Below, one piece after another: positions 1 through 12,287 of a stretch of 64,000 nucleotides of DNA (its first letter is position 1; each line of letters starts with the position of its first letter). The stretch spans positions 29,078,001-29,142,000 of the forward strand of contig OX597840.1 of the NCBI GenBank assembly GCA_951406725.2, given 5' to 3'. The position numbers and the translations under genes are program-made. The notes beneath the pieces were generated by a model, which was not told the DNA's origin, made no database searches, and saw only the letters and a list, made by a program, of their open reading frames with translations. This DNA comes from Octopus vulgaris. Taxonomy: Eukaryota.

Positions 1-560
1 AAGTCTGGCGTAGCATGGTAAATTCCATTGTCTCGACCACGGTCGAACAATGATGATGTTCAAAAACTACTGTGGACTGGAGATCGTTTTGTTCCGAAGT
101 CACAGAAAAATGGCTTCACTCACAGGGACCTACAGGCGGCGATTCAATTGAAGTTGAAATTGATGTCCCGGAAATACGGGAGGGGTCGAATTTTGAGCCA
201 AGTTTGGTTGTTTGGTGGAATAGAGCGAACCCATAAGCATCGTTTTGATGTGCCATTTGTTAACAAGAAGCGCGACAAAGCGACCCTCTGATCCAGGCAT
301 GTATCAAACCTGGCTCAGTTATTTATAGTGATTCTCGGGCTGCCTACAATGATCTAGGAAGTTTGGATTATCACCATTACGTGGTACACCATTCTGAAAA
401 TTTTATAAATCAAACACACACATACGCACACAAAACATTGAACGTTTGTGGATGGACATAAAAGAGCGGACAAGAAGGCCAGGTATTCGGTCAAAATATT
501 TGCATCAATACCTGGTCAGATATTTATTTATCTCCTCGGAGAAAAATAAACCACTCTTAC
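1..560 (+). pseudogene. Merlin (IS1595/ISXO2-like) DDE transposase remnant, frameshifted, 5' part outside window
   Basis: Across frames: RKYGRGRILSQVWLFGGIER...RDKATL / IQACIKPGSVIYSDSRAAYNDL...YHHYVVHHSENF / TQNIERLWMDIK, matching Merlin motifs (KYxRGR, WVFGGxER, IxSDxWxAY, HxxVNHS, HTQxIERxW). Confidence 0.85.
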
Positions 561-1889
561 TCCACAATTTTTTTTCGAGAGGCAGCCCGATTATATGTAC
601 CCCTCTCAAACCAACCGCATTTTTCGACTATATAAACACAATTCCAGAGGGGCTAATACAGATCCACACATCTCCTTGAAAAATACATTTGGATCTTTTC
701 CTTTTGAACGGCACTTTGTAACATAATTTCTTGGTAACTAAAAAGTTTTAAACTTCGTATACTGGTAGAATGTGTTTATAAAACATCATTTTCTCTTGGC
801 TTTATTGAGAAAATTCTGTATGTTGTAACATATTGCGTCTTTAATTTCGAGCATTTCGGCAATTTTAACCAATCGCTGACATCAATTTAGGTAAATAACA
901 TTCTGTGCATAATGAATATGTCCCTCCTTTAAGAAACAGATTGGGTTTATTTACATTAGTGAAGAAAAAAGATACCCTTCCCCCATCTCTAACCCTAACC
1001 CTAGTTAACTAGAAATCCATGCATTTTTCTGAAAAAGTTTATTTGGATTCCTAGATTTTACAGGTCGGAATAAACGTTTTCAAAAAATTGCATCTTTTGA
1101 AGGGGAGATGCGAATCTGCATTAGCCCGATCCCAAAAATCTTGTGATTTTAGTGGGTGCATCGAATAGCTTTTCCATCATCCTCAAAAAATCCATGGACA
1201 TATATAACAGGAATGTAAAACATTTATGTATACTTTTCTCTGCTTATTCGTATAAATCATTGAAATTATTGAAACACAAAAACTCTCCAGGCATTCGACT
1301 TCTATTTTTAGTATATCGACATTTACATTTTCAGATAGTCTGAAGTTTTTCCTAGAAATTTTGAAATTAAAAAAAAGAAATTCCATATGCTTAATCTCCG
1401 TATTTTTCCACGTACGTTGAAAAAAATTCTTTTTAATTTTGAAAAAGTTCAGCGATAAATATACAACTTTTATTCTCTGTCTCTCTTTCCTCCCTAGATA
1501 TATTTATTTTAAATCGCTTCTTTGTAGAGAGAAAACTTTTATTCTCTCTCTCTCTCTCCCACCTCACACAAAAATGAAACCCAAGAGAGTTTGGGCGCGA
1601 AAGATTTTTGTTTTTCTTTCTAAAACGCTAGTAAAAAGCCAAAAATATTTAGTCGAGAAAAAAGTGTGTATTTTGTTGGGATTAATCCATGAGTTGACAG
1701 TAAAGAAGTAAATAGTACCTTGACGGTGAATTTTTACCTGTCTATATATATATGAATGGAGTTTAACGCAGGTATAATTCAAATACTTTAACTTCCGACA
1801 ACCTCTTTACTTGTGTGATTTTTTGCTACCCTGGTAACTATTTATCTATTTTTTCCTGTGTTGATTGTTAACAAGGGAAAAATACACTC

Positions 1890-2182
<293 letters not shown>

Positions 2183-2769
2183 TACACTACGACTTCAGAG
2201 TAAATATTTTCAGCATAAAATACAATATAAATGTCAACATATTAATCCACATTCTCTATATATTTAATAACGAACCATATAATCTGCACCCTGGAAAACG
2301 TATTTCTGTAAAATGTTGGGAGTGGGGGTGAGGTGAAATTTCCGAGGGTTCCACTCCACTCCACCCCGTTATCCGGGCCAAAAATTGGGTTTTGTGGCAT
2401 ATTAGGTCACCGCAACTCATTCAACGAAAAAGAAAAATTTCCAATGATTCCAGGATAGGGAATCATTGGATTTTTTTAAAACAAAAATTAAGGGTTTTCT
2501 GCATATTAAGAAGTCAGAATATTTGATTCCATGCAGAAAATTTGAGTTTTTTTCTTCTTAGTGAAAATCGTGTGGGTGAAAGTATCGAAATTTACCGATA
2601 AATTTTCTATCTACCAGTGCACAACCACGTATTGATGAAAATGGCACCCCGTTTGTGAACCTCGATTATAACAGGTACATGGGCAGTGTAGATCGGCTGA
2701 ACCAAATGATGAGTTATTATCCAGTTGGTAGACCGGGTAATAAACAGTAGTGATACCTGGTTTGGTATA

Positions 2770-3064
2770 TAGTCACGTATCACGTGACCGACCAGACCAT
2801 CAGATGTTGTTACACATCGCTGGTCACAATGCGTTCGCATTGTTTAGCCTTTGAATGACGCCTCCCCGCTGGCTAAGCGAGCAGGCCAACAGAAGAAAGA
2901 GTGGTGAAAGAGTACAGCAGGGATCACCACCCCCTGCTAGAGCCTCGTGAAGCTTTTTTAGGTGTTTTCGCTCAATAAACACACACAACGCCCGGTCTGG
3001 GAATCGAAACCGCGATTCTCCGACCACGAGTCCGCTGCCCTAACCACTGGGCCATTGCGCCTCC
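2770..3064 (-). mobile_element. tRNA-derived SINE, family B (head GGAGGCGCAATGGCCCAGTGGTTAGG), tail type 1
   Basis: Minus strand shows A box TGGCCCAGTGG, B box GGTTTCGATTCCC and core GTGTGTTTATTGAGCGAAAACACCTAAA shared with 37721 and 55719. Confidence 0.85.
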
Positions 3065-3089
3065 GGTTTGTAAATGCATTTATATTATA

Positions 3090-3960
3090 CTAGCTAACGC
3101 ATCCATCCTTTGGATGGTTTAAGCTGCTTTGTTCCAGGTGCCAGCTGAGTTCAGCGAGCCGTTTGCTCAGTGGTATCTCCCATGAAGTAAATTTGAAGGA
3201 ATCGATGTTCAGCGTTGTTGACAGGAAGAATAAAGTCTATCAAACGATAGGTCTGGCCCTGAATTTTGAACGTTGGCATATAGGAGTCTTCATGAATGGG
3301 TTTGTGACAGAAACTTGTCATCTGGAAGGCAGAGTTATATGCGCAAATTTTCTGTATAAATTACTGCGAATCAGGGTGTTGACTAAGGAGTAAAGAAAGG
3401 AAAGGCTGAGGAGTGTTTTGAAGGTCAGTCAAGCAAACCTTTCTGTTTGAGCAGCATAGGCCACTGGATTCTCCAACCCACTTGAGGGCCTTGAAAAACG
3501 AGAATATTACAGACATATCCCCTGTTACAGTCTCTCGATGAGTGGTATAATCCTCGGCAGGATCATAGTTGAGCGCCTTTGATGTCCATCGACTATTCAA
3601 TGGCTTCCAATAGCCATGAGCAAGAGCCTTCCGTTGAAGTCTCATCATCCGATGTTTATCGTCATCTGTCAACCTCTTGGCAGAAGTGCATGCAGTGTTG
3701 CTTGCCCGACGGATATCACTCTTTTGTGGGGCTTCTGCGGCCCTTGCGTCAGCAGCACGCACTCAACAGGCTTGACACTGCTCTGGAGTAGCTGCAGCTC
3801 TAGAAGCGGCAGTTCTTTTCAACAGTTTACAGAGTTCCTTGTCCTGCCAGCGCTGCTGCCTTGCCGCTGCAGAAGACTTTCTGCCAATGTGTGCTGCCCT
3901 CCTTTTAGGTGGAACGATTGTATTATGTGGAAAAGGAAAATGGGTTTTAGTGTACCAAGT
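3090..3960 (-). mobile_element. Internally deleted Helitron: RepHel N-terminal fragment joined to the 3' terminus (5' boundary uncertain)
   Basis: Minus translation PPKRRAAHIGRKS...ALNYDPAEDY...ALKWVGESSGLCCSNRKV...YNSAFQMTSF...MPTFKIQGQTY...FLQIYFMGD (with stops). Minus-strand 3' end has hairpin CCATCC-AAA-GGATGG (3103-3117), then CTAG (3090-3093), then T. Confidence 0.85.
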
Positions 3961-4649
3961 AATTATCGATTATATTATAACAAAAGACCCTTTATTCTGT
4001 CTTCCCACATTGCCTGCGCATAAAGTAACAGTGAATGCCGCATAAAGTTAAATTGGTATGGAGCTTCCTGAAAGATACGTATAGCTTTCACTGGTGGTAG
4101 CAAAACTCTTATTTAAAGGTTGATTCTTTGGGACGAGTCATATGTGAGTGTTTAAAAAAGACTGGAACGAAAATGCTAAAACGTATTTGAAACAATGGAC
4201 AACAGTCGAAATATCATAATGGATGAGTAAATAAGCATCCTTGAAGTCAAACAATGCATTGGCAGGTAAACAAAGGTATCAAAAAATAGAAGAGAGGGAA
4301 GGGAAGATCACCTTTCAGGTAAGTCAGAATAGGTAAAGGTAAGCTCACCAAAGTTTAATGCAGTTTAAATATGGAGATTAAGATTGCTTGGTATTGGATA
4401 TTCATCACGTACAGTGTTCCTATTCAATTTAATCACAGTCAAAAATATTCTCTAATGCCAATATATGACGATATAGATTTAAAGAGTATAGAAGACCCTA
4501 CATACAAAAAAGTATGTACATACAACGAATTGGAAAATCTTTTAAATTAACACAAACATTTATTTACATGAAACGAAATGACAGTTTCCAAATCTTGTTT
4601 CCTGACTGGGTCACCGGGCAGGTGCATAGTCTAAGTAAATGAATAGACA

Positions 4650-5733
4650 AAACCCTCCTGGCTTGCGAAAGTTATGTCCCCACAAATGATTCTGTAAACT
4701 ATGAAACAAATAGTCGTCTGAAGGAGCAAGGTCGGGAGAATAAGCTGGATAAAGAATTTTTCCCCAACCAAGCTCTTCGATCTTCTGTGATGTGATCTTT
4801 GCAGTGTGGGGTCACGCATTGTCCTGATGAAACATCACCTCTTTACGATTCACAAAAGTGGGTCTTTTTACTTCAAAGCTTGGTTCAAACGCTCTAATTG
4901 CTGACAGTAGACTTGAGCATTGATTGTTGCATTAGATGGTAACAATTCAAAGTGAATTACGCCTTTGCAATCCCACCAGTTAGAGAGAAACTTTTCCCAT
5001 GAAGTTCCCTTCTCAGTTGTGGTTGAGCCTTTTCTCTTTTACCAAGCCACTGTTTACGACGTTTAACATTTCGATAGAAGATCCATTTTTCGTCACCAGA
5101 CACAAATCTATCCAAAAAGGGTGGAATGAGTTCGCGAGAATGGAGAGAAGAGAAGATGTCAACTCGGGATTTGTGGTTGCTTTCGGATAATTTATGAGGC
5201 ACCCATTTTCCAAGTTTAGGAACTTTTCCAAGTTGTTGAAGATGACGATGAACAGTTGTATGGTTTGAACTAAGCTTTATTGCCGATGCTTCCAATAATG
5301 CAGGACTTTCTTCAAGTAATACCTCAAGGAGCTTATCATCAAACTCAACTGGACGTCCTGTTTGATCTTTATCTTCAAGGCTAAAATCTCCACTTCTGAA
5401 TTTTGCAAACCATCTTCTGCAAGATTTTTCATTCAAGCATTCTTTCCTATAAACTGAGTGTATGCTTCGAGTTGCTTCGGCTGCAGAGTGTCCTTTTTTG
5501 TACTCATAAAGTATTATATGCCTCAAATGCTCTTTGGATACTTCCATGTTAGAAAGGGTTTTAATCAAAGAAATTTTAATTCTATTATTCTGTAAAATAA
5601 TATTTAATTAGTTTAAATGTACACAAATGCATAAAAATAATTTTTAATTCCATTAGACATTCTAAATTACTATTAAATTTCATTCAATTTTAAAAAAGGT
5701 AAAATCAGACAGAACTTATGGGATGACCTGATA
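4650..5733 (-). mobile_element. mariner transposon, frameshifted transposase, 5' TIR present, 3' end truncated
   Basis: ORF 4957-5568 has HTH (RRWFAKFRSGDFSLED), WVPHKL and GDEKWIFY. Downstream frame has HQDNA.PH and YSPDLAPSD.YLF. TIR-like TATCAGGTCATCCCATAAGTTCTG at about 5710-5733. Confidence 0.9.
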
Positions 5734-5736
5734 TAT

Positions 5737-6120
5737 GGCTATACTCCATGGCAGTGAGACATGGACTCTGAATGTGGAGGACATGCACAGACTGGAGAGG
5801 AATGATGCCTGTGTCCAACTTTTCTATCAATAGAGTTGCACCTTGTCATTTATGCACACTGATGTTGCACATCCAATGGAGCATACTACCCTCGTTCCTC
5901 TCCAGTCTATGCATTTTTTCCACATTCAGAGCCCATGTCTCAATACCATGGAGTATAGCCGTTCGTACACAAGCACCATACAGTCTACCTTTTGCCCTGA
6001 GAGAGAGAGAGAGTCCTTTTGTTGCCAAGAGAGATAATAACTCTCTGAACTCCCTCCATCCTCTTCTTATTCTAGAAACAATACTTTGAGAGCATCCACC
6101 ACTGTTACTAATTTGGGCAC
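5737..6120. mobile_element. Two RTE RT C-terminal fragments in opposite orientation (5737-5810 +, 5845-6120 -)
   Basis: Both encode the LHG(S/I)ETW.LNVE.MHRLERN segment homologous to the 23094 ORF. The minus copy extends to KGRLYGACVRTA. Confidence 0.85.
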
Positions 6121-6124
6121 CAAG

Positions 6125-6372
6125 CATAGATTGGCATATTTCGGTCATATTGTGTGGAGAAAATCCCTGGAGAAGGACATCATGCTCGGAATGGTCAGTG
6201 GCAAGAGAGGAAGAAGCCGACCAAGAACCCGCTGGCTTGAGACACCATCAAGAGTGATACCGGAATGGACATAGCCAATCTGAAAGAAGCGGCCCAGGAT
6301 AAAACTGACTGGAGGACACTGATCCATCGAGTGACCGAGAGTCGACTTCGACTGAGCGGATAGATAGATAGA
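6125..6372 (+). mobile_element. 3' end of a different RTE/BovB-like LINE
   Basis: LAYFGHIV...SLEKDIMLGMVSGKRGRSRPRTRWL...AAQDKTDWRTLIHRVTESRLRLSG, then a (GATA)n tail. Confidence 0.8.
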
Positions 6373-6703
6373 ATTAGTAGAAATTACTTATCTGTGTGTG
6401 TGCGTGCTTATATAAATATATATGTAAATGCAAATAAATGCATATATATACACACATATACACACACAGATATAAGTAAAGTTTTGATGAATTAGATTTG
6501 ATGTTGTACTTGAATTCCAGTCAGCCTACCAATTTTCCAAAGGGAGATATTCAAAGGAATTTTGAAAAAGAAAATCAATTTAAATATTTAAATGTCAAAG
6601 ATAAATTACAGCTAATAATATTTTTAATTTCTCTGAATAGAATTCCCTTCATCTTCAGAAAGGGAAAAGTATTTTTTCTATTTTTTTTTTCGTCCTTTAC
6701 ATT

Positions 6704-6790
6704 AAGCTTGTATTGCTTTTTTTTTTAGTTTTGATCATCATCAAATGTCTAATTCCTGGTTGTGTGTCTGTTTGTATTTGTATGTGTGTA

Positions 6791-6856
<66 letters not shown>

Positions 6857-6865
6857 TAATAATAA

Positions 6866-6943
<78 letters not shown>

Positions 6944-7094
6944 TAATAGAAATAATGATTTCATTTATTTGCCACCTGGGCAAAGGATAAGTGGGTCAAC
7001 ACAAAGACAAGCTTGTATTGCTCTTTTTTTAGTTTTGATCATCATCAAATGTCTAATTCCTGGTTGTGTGTCTGTTTGTATTTGTATGTGTGTA

Positions 7095-7163
<69 letters not shown>

Positions 7164-7169
7164 TAATAA

Positions 7170-7222
<53 letters not shown>

Positions 7223-7399
7223 GTAATAATAATAATAATAATAATGATAATAGAAATAATGATTTCATTTATTTGCCACCTGGGCAAAGGATAAGTGGGT
7301 CAACACAAAGACAAGCTTGTATTGCTCTTTTTTTTAGTTTTGATCATCATCAAATGTCTAATTCCTGGTTGTGTGTCTGTTTGTATTTGTATGTGTGTA

Positions 7400-7469
<70 letters not shown>

Positions 7470-7478
7470 TAATAATAA

Positions 7479-7534
<56 letters not shown>

Positions 7535-7718
7535 GTAATAATAATAATAATAATAATGATAATAGAAATAATGATTTCATTTATTTGCCACCTGGGCAAA
7601 GGATAAGTGGGTCAACACAAAGACAAGCTTGTATTGCTCTTTTTTTAGTTTTGATCATCATCAAATGTCTAATTCCTGGTTGTGTGTCTGTTTGTATTTG
7701 TATGTGTGTATAAATAAA

Positions 7719-7764
<46 letters not shown>

Positions 7765-7775
7765 TAATAATAATG

Positions 7776-7845
<70 letters not shown>

Positions 7846-7914
7846 TAATAGAAATAATGATTTCATTTATTTGCCACCTGGGCAAAGGATAAGTGGGTCA
7901 ACACAAAGACAAGC
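6704..7914. repeat. Tandem array of four ~290-310 bp units, each with unique sequence plus (AAAT)n(AAT)n
   Basis: Units start AAGCTTGTATTGC at 6704, 7009, 7313 and 7625, and end GGGTCAACACAAAGAC. Confidence 0.95.
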
Positions 7915-7934
7915 ACAAAGTGTTGGTGTTTACA

Positions 7935-8292
7935 CATCATCATCATCATCGTTTAACGTCCGTTTTCCATGCTGGCATGGGTTGGACGGTTCAACTGGGG
8001 TCTGGGAAGCCAGAAGGCTGCGCCAAGCCCAGTCTGATCTGGTAGTGTTTCTACAGCTGGATGCCCTTCCTAACGCAAACCACTCCTTGAGTGTAGTGGG
8101 TGCTTTTTACGTGCCACCTGCACAGGTGCCAGACGAAGCTGGCAAACGGCTACGATTGCATGGCGCTTTTTATGTGCCACTGGCACGGAGGCCAGTCGGG
8201 GCGGCGCTGGCAACGGCCACGTTTGGATGGTTCTCTTACGTGCCACTGGCACTGGTATCACAGCTACAATTTCCATTGATGTTGATCGATTG
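7935..8292 (-). mobile_element. 5'-truncated RTE 3' UTR copy
   Basis: Reverse complement of 26480-26860, including the (GAT)n tail. Confidence 0.9.
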
Positions 8293-8410
8293 GAATAAAA
8301 AAATAAATAAATAAACAAATAAAATGGAGTAAGTAAAAACAGTATACAATGAAAAACAAGGGAAACATTCATAGTAGTAGTAGTAGTAGTAATAATAATA
8401 ATAATAATAA

Positions 8411-8900
8411 TTGTCTTAGTATAAAAGATGGGCTACAGCAAATATTCTGCTCAATACCACAGATTTGCTTGTCAGTTGTTTGACCGTAACCAGTTGAACA
8501 TGTCCCTTAGTGGCTGATGATATGTGTGTCTCTGATCCCTGAACAAAACTAGTTGCGGAGCATCATAGCCATGTATTGAGAGCAATTCTTTGGGGTTTGA
8601 ATAATTCACCTCTGCAAACATGGGTATTTCATTCAACATCCTTAAACAACCCTTAATCAGGGACCTTTTGAGTGGGATGGGTTACCCGACCAGAAGAAAA
8701 TTCTAACTGGGCCCTACCTGCAAGGTCATGCACTGTTTATCTTGATATGAGATCACCATGTCGCGCACATATGGTTGTGATACATGTGCCTGGTGTACCC
8801 TTATCAGATGGGTATACTGGGCTTCGTATATTTTATCCCAGTGTCACTTTGATGGCATGCACTACTCTCTCATTCAATAATAATAATAATAATAATAATA
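8411..8900 (+). mobile_element. 5'-truncated copy of the ~550-bp (TAA)n-associated non-coding retroposon (element X)
   Basis: Reverse complement of 61498-61975. Ends GGCATGCACTACTCTCTCATTC(AAT)n and is flanked by TAA repeats. Confidence 0.8.
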
Positions 8901-9084
8901 ATCCTTTTTACTATAGGTACAAGGCCTGAAATTTGTATATATATTTGTATATATGTCTATGTATATATATATGATGCATATATATATATATGTGATATAT
9001 ATATGTATACATACATATATATATATATGATGTATATATATATAATATATGATATATATATACATGTGTGTGTGTATACATACA

Positions 9085-9120
<36 letters not shown>

Positions 9121-9394
9121 TGAGTATATTAATATAAGGAGCAAAGCAGCTAGTTTTAAAATCTCTAAATGAAATCTAGGCAGTAACGATACTCTTCAGT
9201 AAACTCTATTTGCCAATGTAAGGGGCTGTCCTATGCAGAACTATGTTACTACCTTTTAACCCCAAGAAAGCATCTTTTCAAACTGTTTATATATTGTGAG
9301 TAAGTTCGAGTGACTGCCATCTCATTGGTCAACAAGTAAGATCATGCAACTGCCATCTCATTGGTCAACAAACAGCTGGAGCCTGACCACCTGT

Positions 9395-10200
9395 CTGCCC
9401 GCCCAGCTCCCTGTCTAGCCAGCTCCCTGCCTGGCCAGCTCCCTGCCTGGCCAGCTCCCTGCCCGACCAGCTCCTTGCCTGGCCAGCTCCTTGCCTGCCC
9501 AGCTCCCTATCTGGCCAGCTCCCTGCTTGGCCAGTTCCCTGTCTGGCCAGCTCCCTGTCTAGCTAGTTCCCTAGCTCCCTGCCTGGCTAGCTCCCTGTCT
9601 AGCTAGTTCCCTGCCTGGCCAGCTCCCTGCCCGACCAGCTCCCTGCCCAGCCAGCTCCCTGCCCGACCTGCTCCCTGCTTGGCCAGCTCCCTGTCTGGCC
9701 AGCTCCCTGTCTAGCTAGTTTCCTGCCTGGCCAGCTCCCTGCCCGACCAGCTCCCTGCCTGGCTAGCTCCCTGCCTGGTCTGCTCCCTACCTGGCCAGCT
9801 CCCTGCCCGGCCAGCTCCCTGCCCGGCCAGCTTCCTGCCTGGCCAGCTCCCTGCCTGGCCAGCTCCCTGCCCGACCAGCTCCTTGTCCTTGCCTGCCCAG
9901 CTCCCTATCTGGCCAGCTCCCTGCCCGACCAGCTCCCTGCCTGGCCAGCTCCCTGCCTGGCCAGCTCCTGCTTGGCCAGCTCCCTGTCTGGCCAGCTGTC
10001 TAGCTAGTTCCCTGCCTGGCCAGCTCCCTGCCCGACCAGCTCCCTGCCTGGCTAGCTCCCTGCCTGGTCTGCTCCCTACCTGGCCAGCTCCCTGCCCGGC
10101 CAGCTTCCTGCCTGGCCAGCTCCCTGCCAGACCAGCTCCCTACCTGGCCAGCTGCCTGCCCAGCCAGCTCCTTGCCTGGCTAGCTCTCTGCCTGGCCTAC
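9395..10200 (+). repeat. GC-rich 16-bp minisatellite (GGCCAGCTCCCTGCCT)n, about 50 units, inside an RTE tail
   Basis: Visible periodicity, followed by the RTE terminus GTCCAACCCATGCCAGCATGGAAAACAGACGTTAAATGATGATG (10214-10262). Confidence 0.95.
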
Positions 10201-10739
10201 TCCATGTCAAACTGTCCAACCCATGCCAGCATGGAAAACAGACGTTAAATGATGATGATGATATATGCCTCTGTGTTTGTATCTATTTCAATGTATAGAC
10301 ATTAGTAAGTATGTATATGTATATGTATATGTATGTATTACACACATACACACACATGCACACACAACTTTTCTCCATGATTGTTTTAAAAGATCTTCTG
10401 CCTTATACATTTCATAATTGAATGATTTCTATCCTGGAAGGATTTGGTAGATAAGATCTGTTAATTAACTCTACCCATTATAATAAACTCTGTTGAGTTC
10501 TTGGAGACTCTCTAACCAACACAGCTCAACAGAATTTTGTATTCTTCTTCTATTTCTGTATTATCAATCATAAATATATAGCACACACACACACACACAT
10601 ACACATGCATGAATATATGTGTGTGTGTGTGTGCATATACATGTATAAGCATATATATTCTGGAGATGTACTTGCATAGCAAGTGACCTGATCTGAGATC
10701 GTGTGCTGGAATGAAAAAATTGCAGCGTAGAAGGTGTTT

Positions 10740-11015
10740 CATCATCATCATCATTGTTTAGCGTCCGCTTTCCATGCTGGCATGGGTTGGACGGTGCAAC
10801 TGGGGTCTGGGAAGCCAGAAGGCTGCACCAGGCCCAGTCTGATCTGGCAATGTTTCTACGGCTGGATGCCCTTCCTAACGCCAACCACTCCATGAGTGTA
10901 GTGGGTGCTTTTTACGTGCCACTGGCACAGGTGCTAGACGAGGCTGGCAAACGTCCACGATCGGATGGTGCTTTTTACGTGCCACTGGCATGGAGGCCAG
11001 GCGAGGCTGGCAACG
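10740..11015 (-). mobile_element. 5'-truncated RTE 3' UTR copy
   Basis: Similarity to 26575-26860. Confidence 0.9.
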
Positions 11016-11071
11016 AAGACATTTAAGAAACACACAAAAACCGTTAGATTCACTTCAACGTTTGAATTTAA

Positions 11072-11122
11072 TTTGTCAAAATATTTTCATCGCTTTGAGA
11101 CCACGACCTGTTCACTGACAAA
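11072..11122 (-). ncRNA. Candidate minimal type-I hammerhead ribozyme with G3-C8 core
   Basis: Minus: TTTGTCA-GTGAACA-G-GTCGT-ggtctcaaa-GCGAT-GAA-AATATT-T-TGACAAA (7-bp stem I, 5-bp stem II with two G-U pairs, palindromic stem III). Confidence 0.6.
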
Positions 11123-12287
11123 ATTCTGTGCTGCATCTATATATAATCTATTACTCTTTTATTCGTTATTCTTTGTAAGCCTAGTACTTATTCTATTAGT
11201 TTCTTTTGCTGAACAGCAAGTTTATGGGGACGTAAACACACCAACATCGGTTGTCAAACGGTGGTGGTGGTGGGGGGGGGGGGGACGAACAGAGATGCAC
11301 AAACATATATATCTAATAACACTAGAACAGCATCTAGGTAAGTATCAAAGCAATACCCATGCCAATTCGCAGCCGATTAAACCAATTATTCTTAGAGATA
11401 TTGTGACCTAAAGATTGCTAGACATAGACAGAAATGTCATTTTGAGAAAAGCACAAAAAACACTGGAAATGGTTGATTTTACAACAATGCCCAATTACAC
11501 AAGGATAATATCCACATTTTAGTGAAATATTTGCAGTTTTGCAGAGTCTAATAACGTCCAGAGGCACACCCATTGCTATTTTTCTGAGGTTTTGTTATCT
11601 GAAATCTTAGCTATTAGTCTTGCCTTCACTTAATGTAAAACCTGTTCAATCCATCTTCTCTTATTAACATATATCAAAGGTATGAGAGGTATTGGTGTCA
11701 AACGACCCAAAGGTGTCAGGTAATGCTGAGTAAGTCCTATGGATAGACTATAGCTAAACTCCAGGTTTGATAATGATACGAACGAGGAGTCCAATGTAGG
11801 TTGTGTATTAGCATGTATATATATAAAAATTAATAGAATGAGATAAAAAAAAATCCAACGCTGTGAATAATTTTCAGAATGTTCTTAGATTTTTTATCTC
11901 ATTCTGTTAATTTTTATATACTTATTAATATATATATAATTATTACTTCAAATTTTTGCCAGAATTTGAGAAGACTCTATTACCTGTAGAGGTTTGCTGG
12001 CTACTTTTTACCATTTTTAAAGAGCCTTTACCTGATTTTCTAAGCTGTCCTCACTGCATTCCTGCATTCATGAAATCCTGTATGTAATTTTGGTAAATTA
12101 TATGCAATACTGTATTAATATGATTCCACAAGAGCTGTATACATGCACAAGATTTCCACTGTATATCCAGTAAAAAATAAAGTTCTACTCTATTATAACA
12201 TTTGGTAGCTGGTACCCAGAGAGGAGCTTTGGAGAGCAAACCATAAAGTTATTCTGCTTGGAGTTAATTGGGATTCCTTGATGATAA

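Noticed and set aside
987-1004. Telomere-like CTAACCCTAACCCTA
   Set aside because: Only about two units, internal to a probable transposon.
2985-3064. tRNA gene (also at 37721 and 55719)
   Set aside because: No complete cloverleaf; it continues into a SINE core and tail.
4957-5568. SETMAR-like host gene
   Set aside because: No SET domain; frameshifted; TIR present. It is an ordinary mariner relic.
6704-7914. CRISPR-like repeat-spacer array
   Set aside because: The 'spacers' are homologous microsatellites, units are about 300 bp, there are no cas genes and the context is eukaryotic.
9361-10248. Pro/Ala-rich protein ORFs
   Set aside because: The 16-bp period cycles through all frames, so this is a minisatellite.
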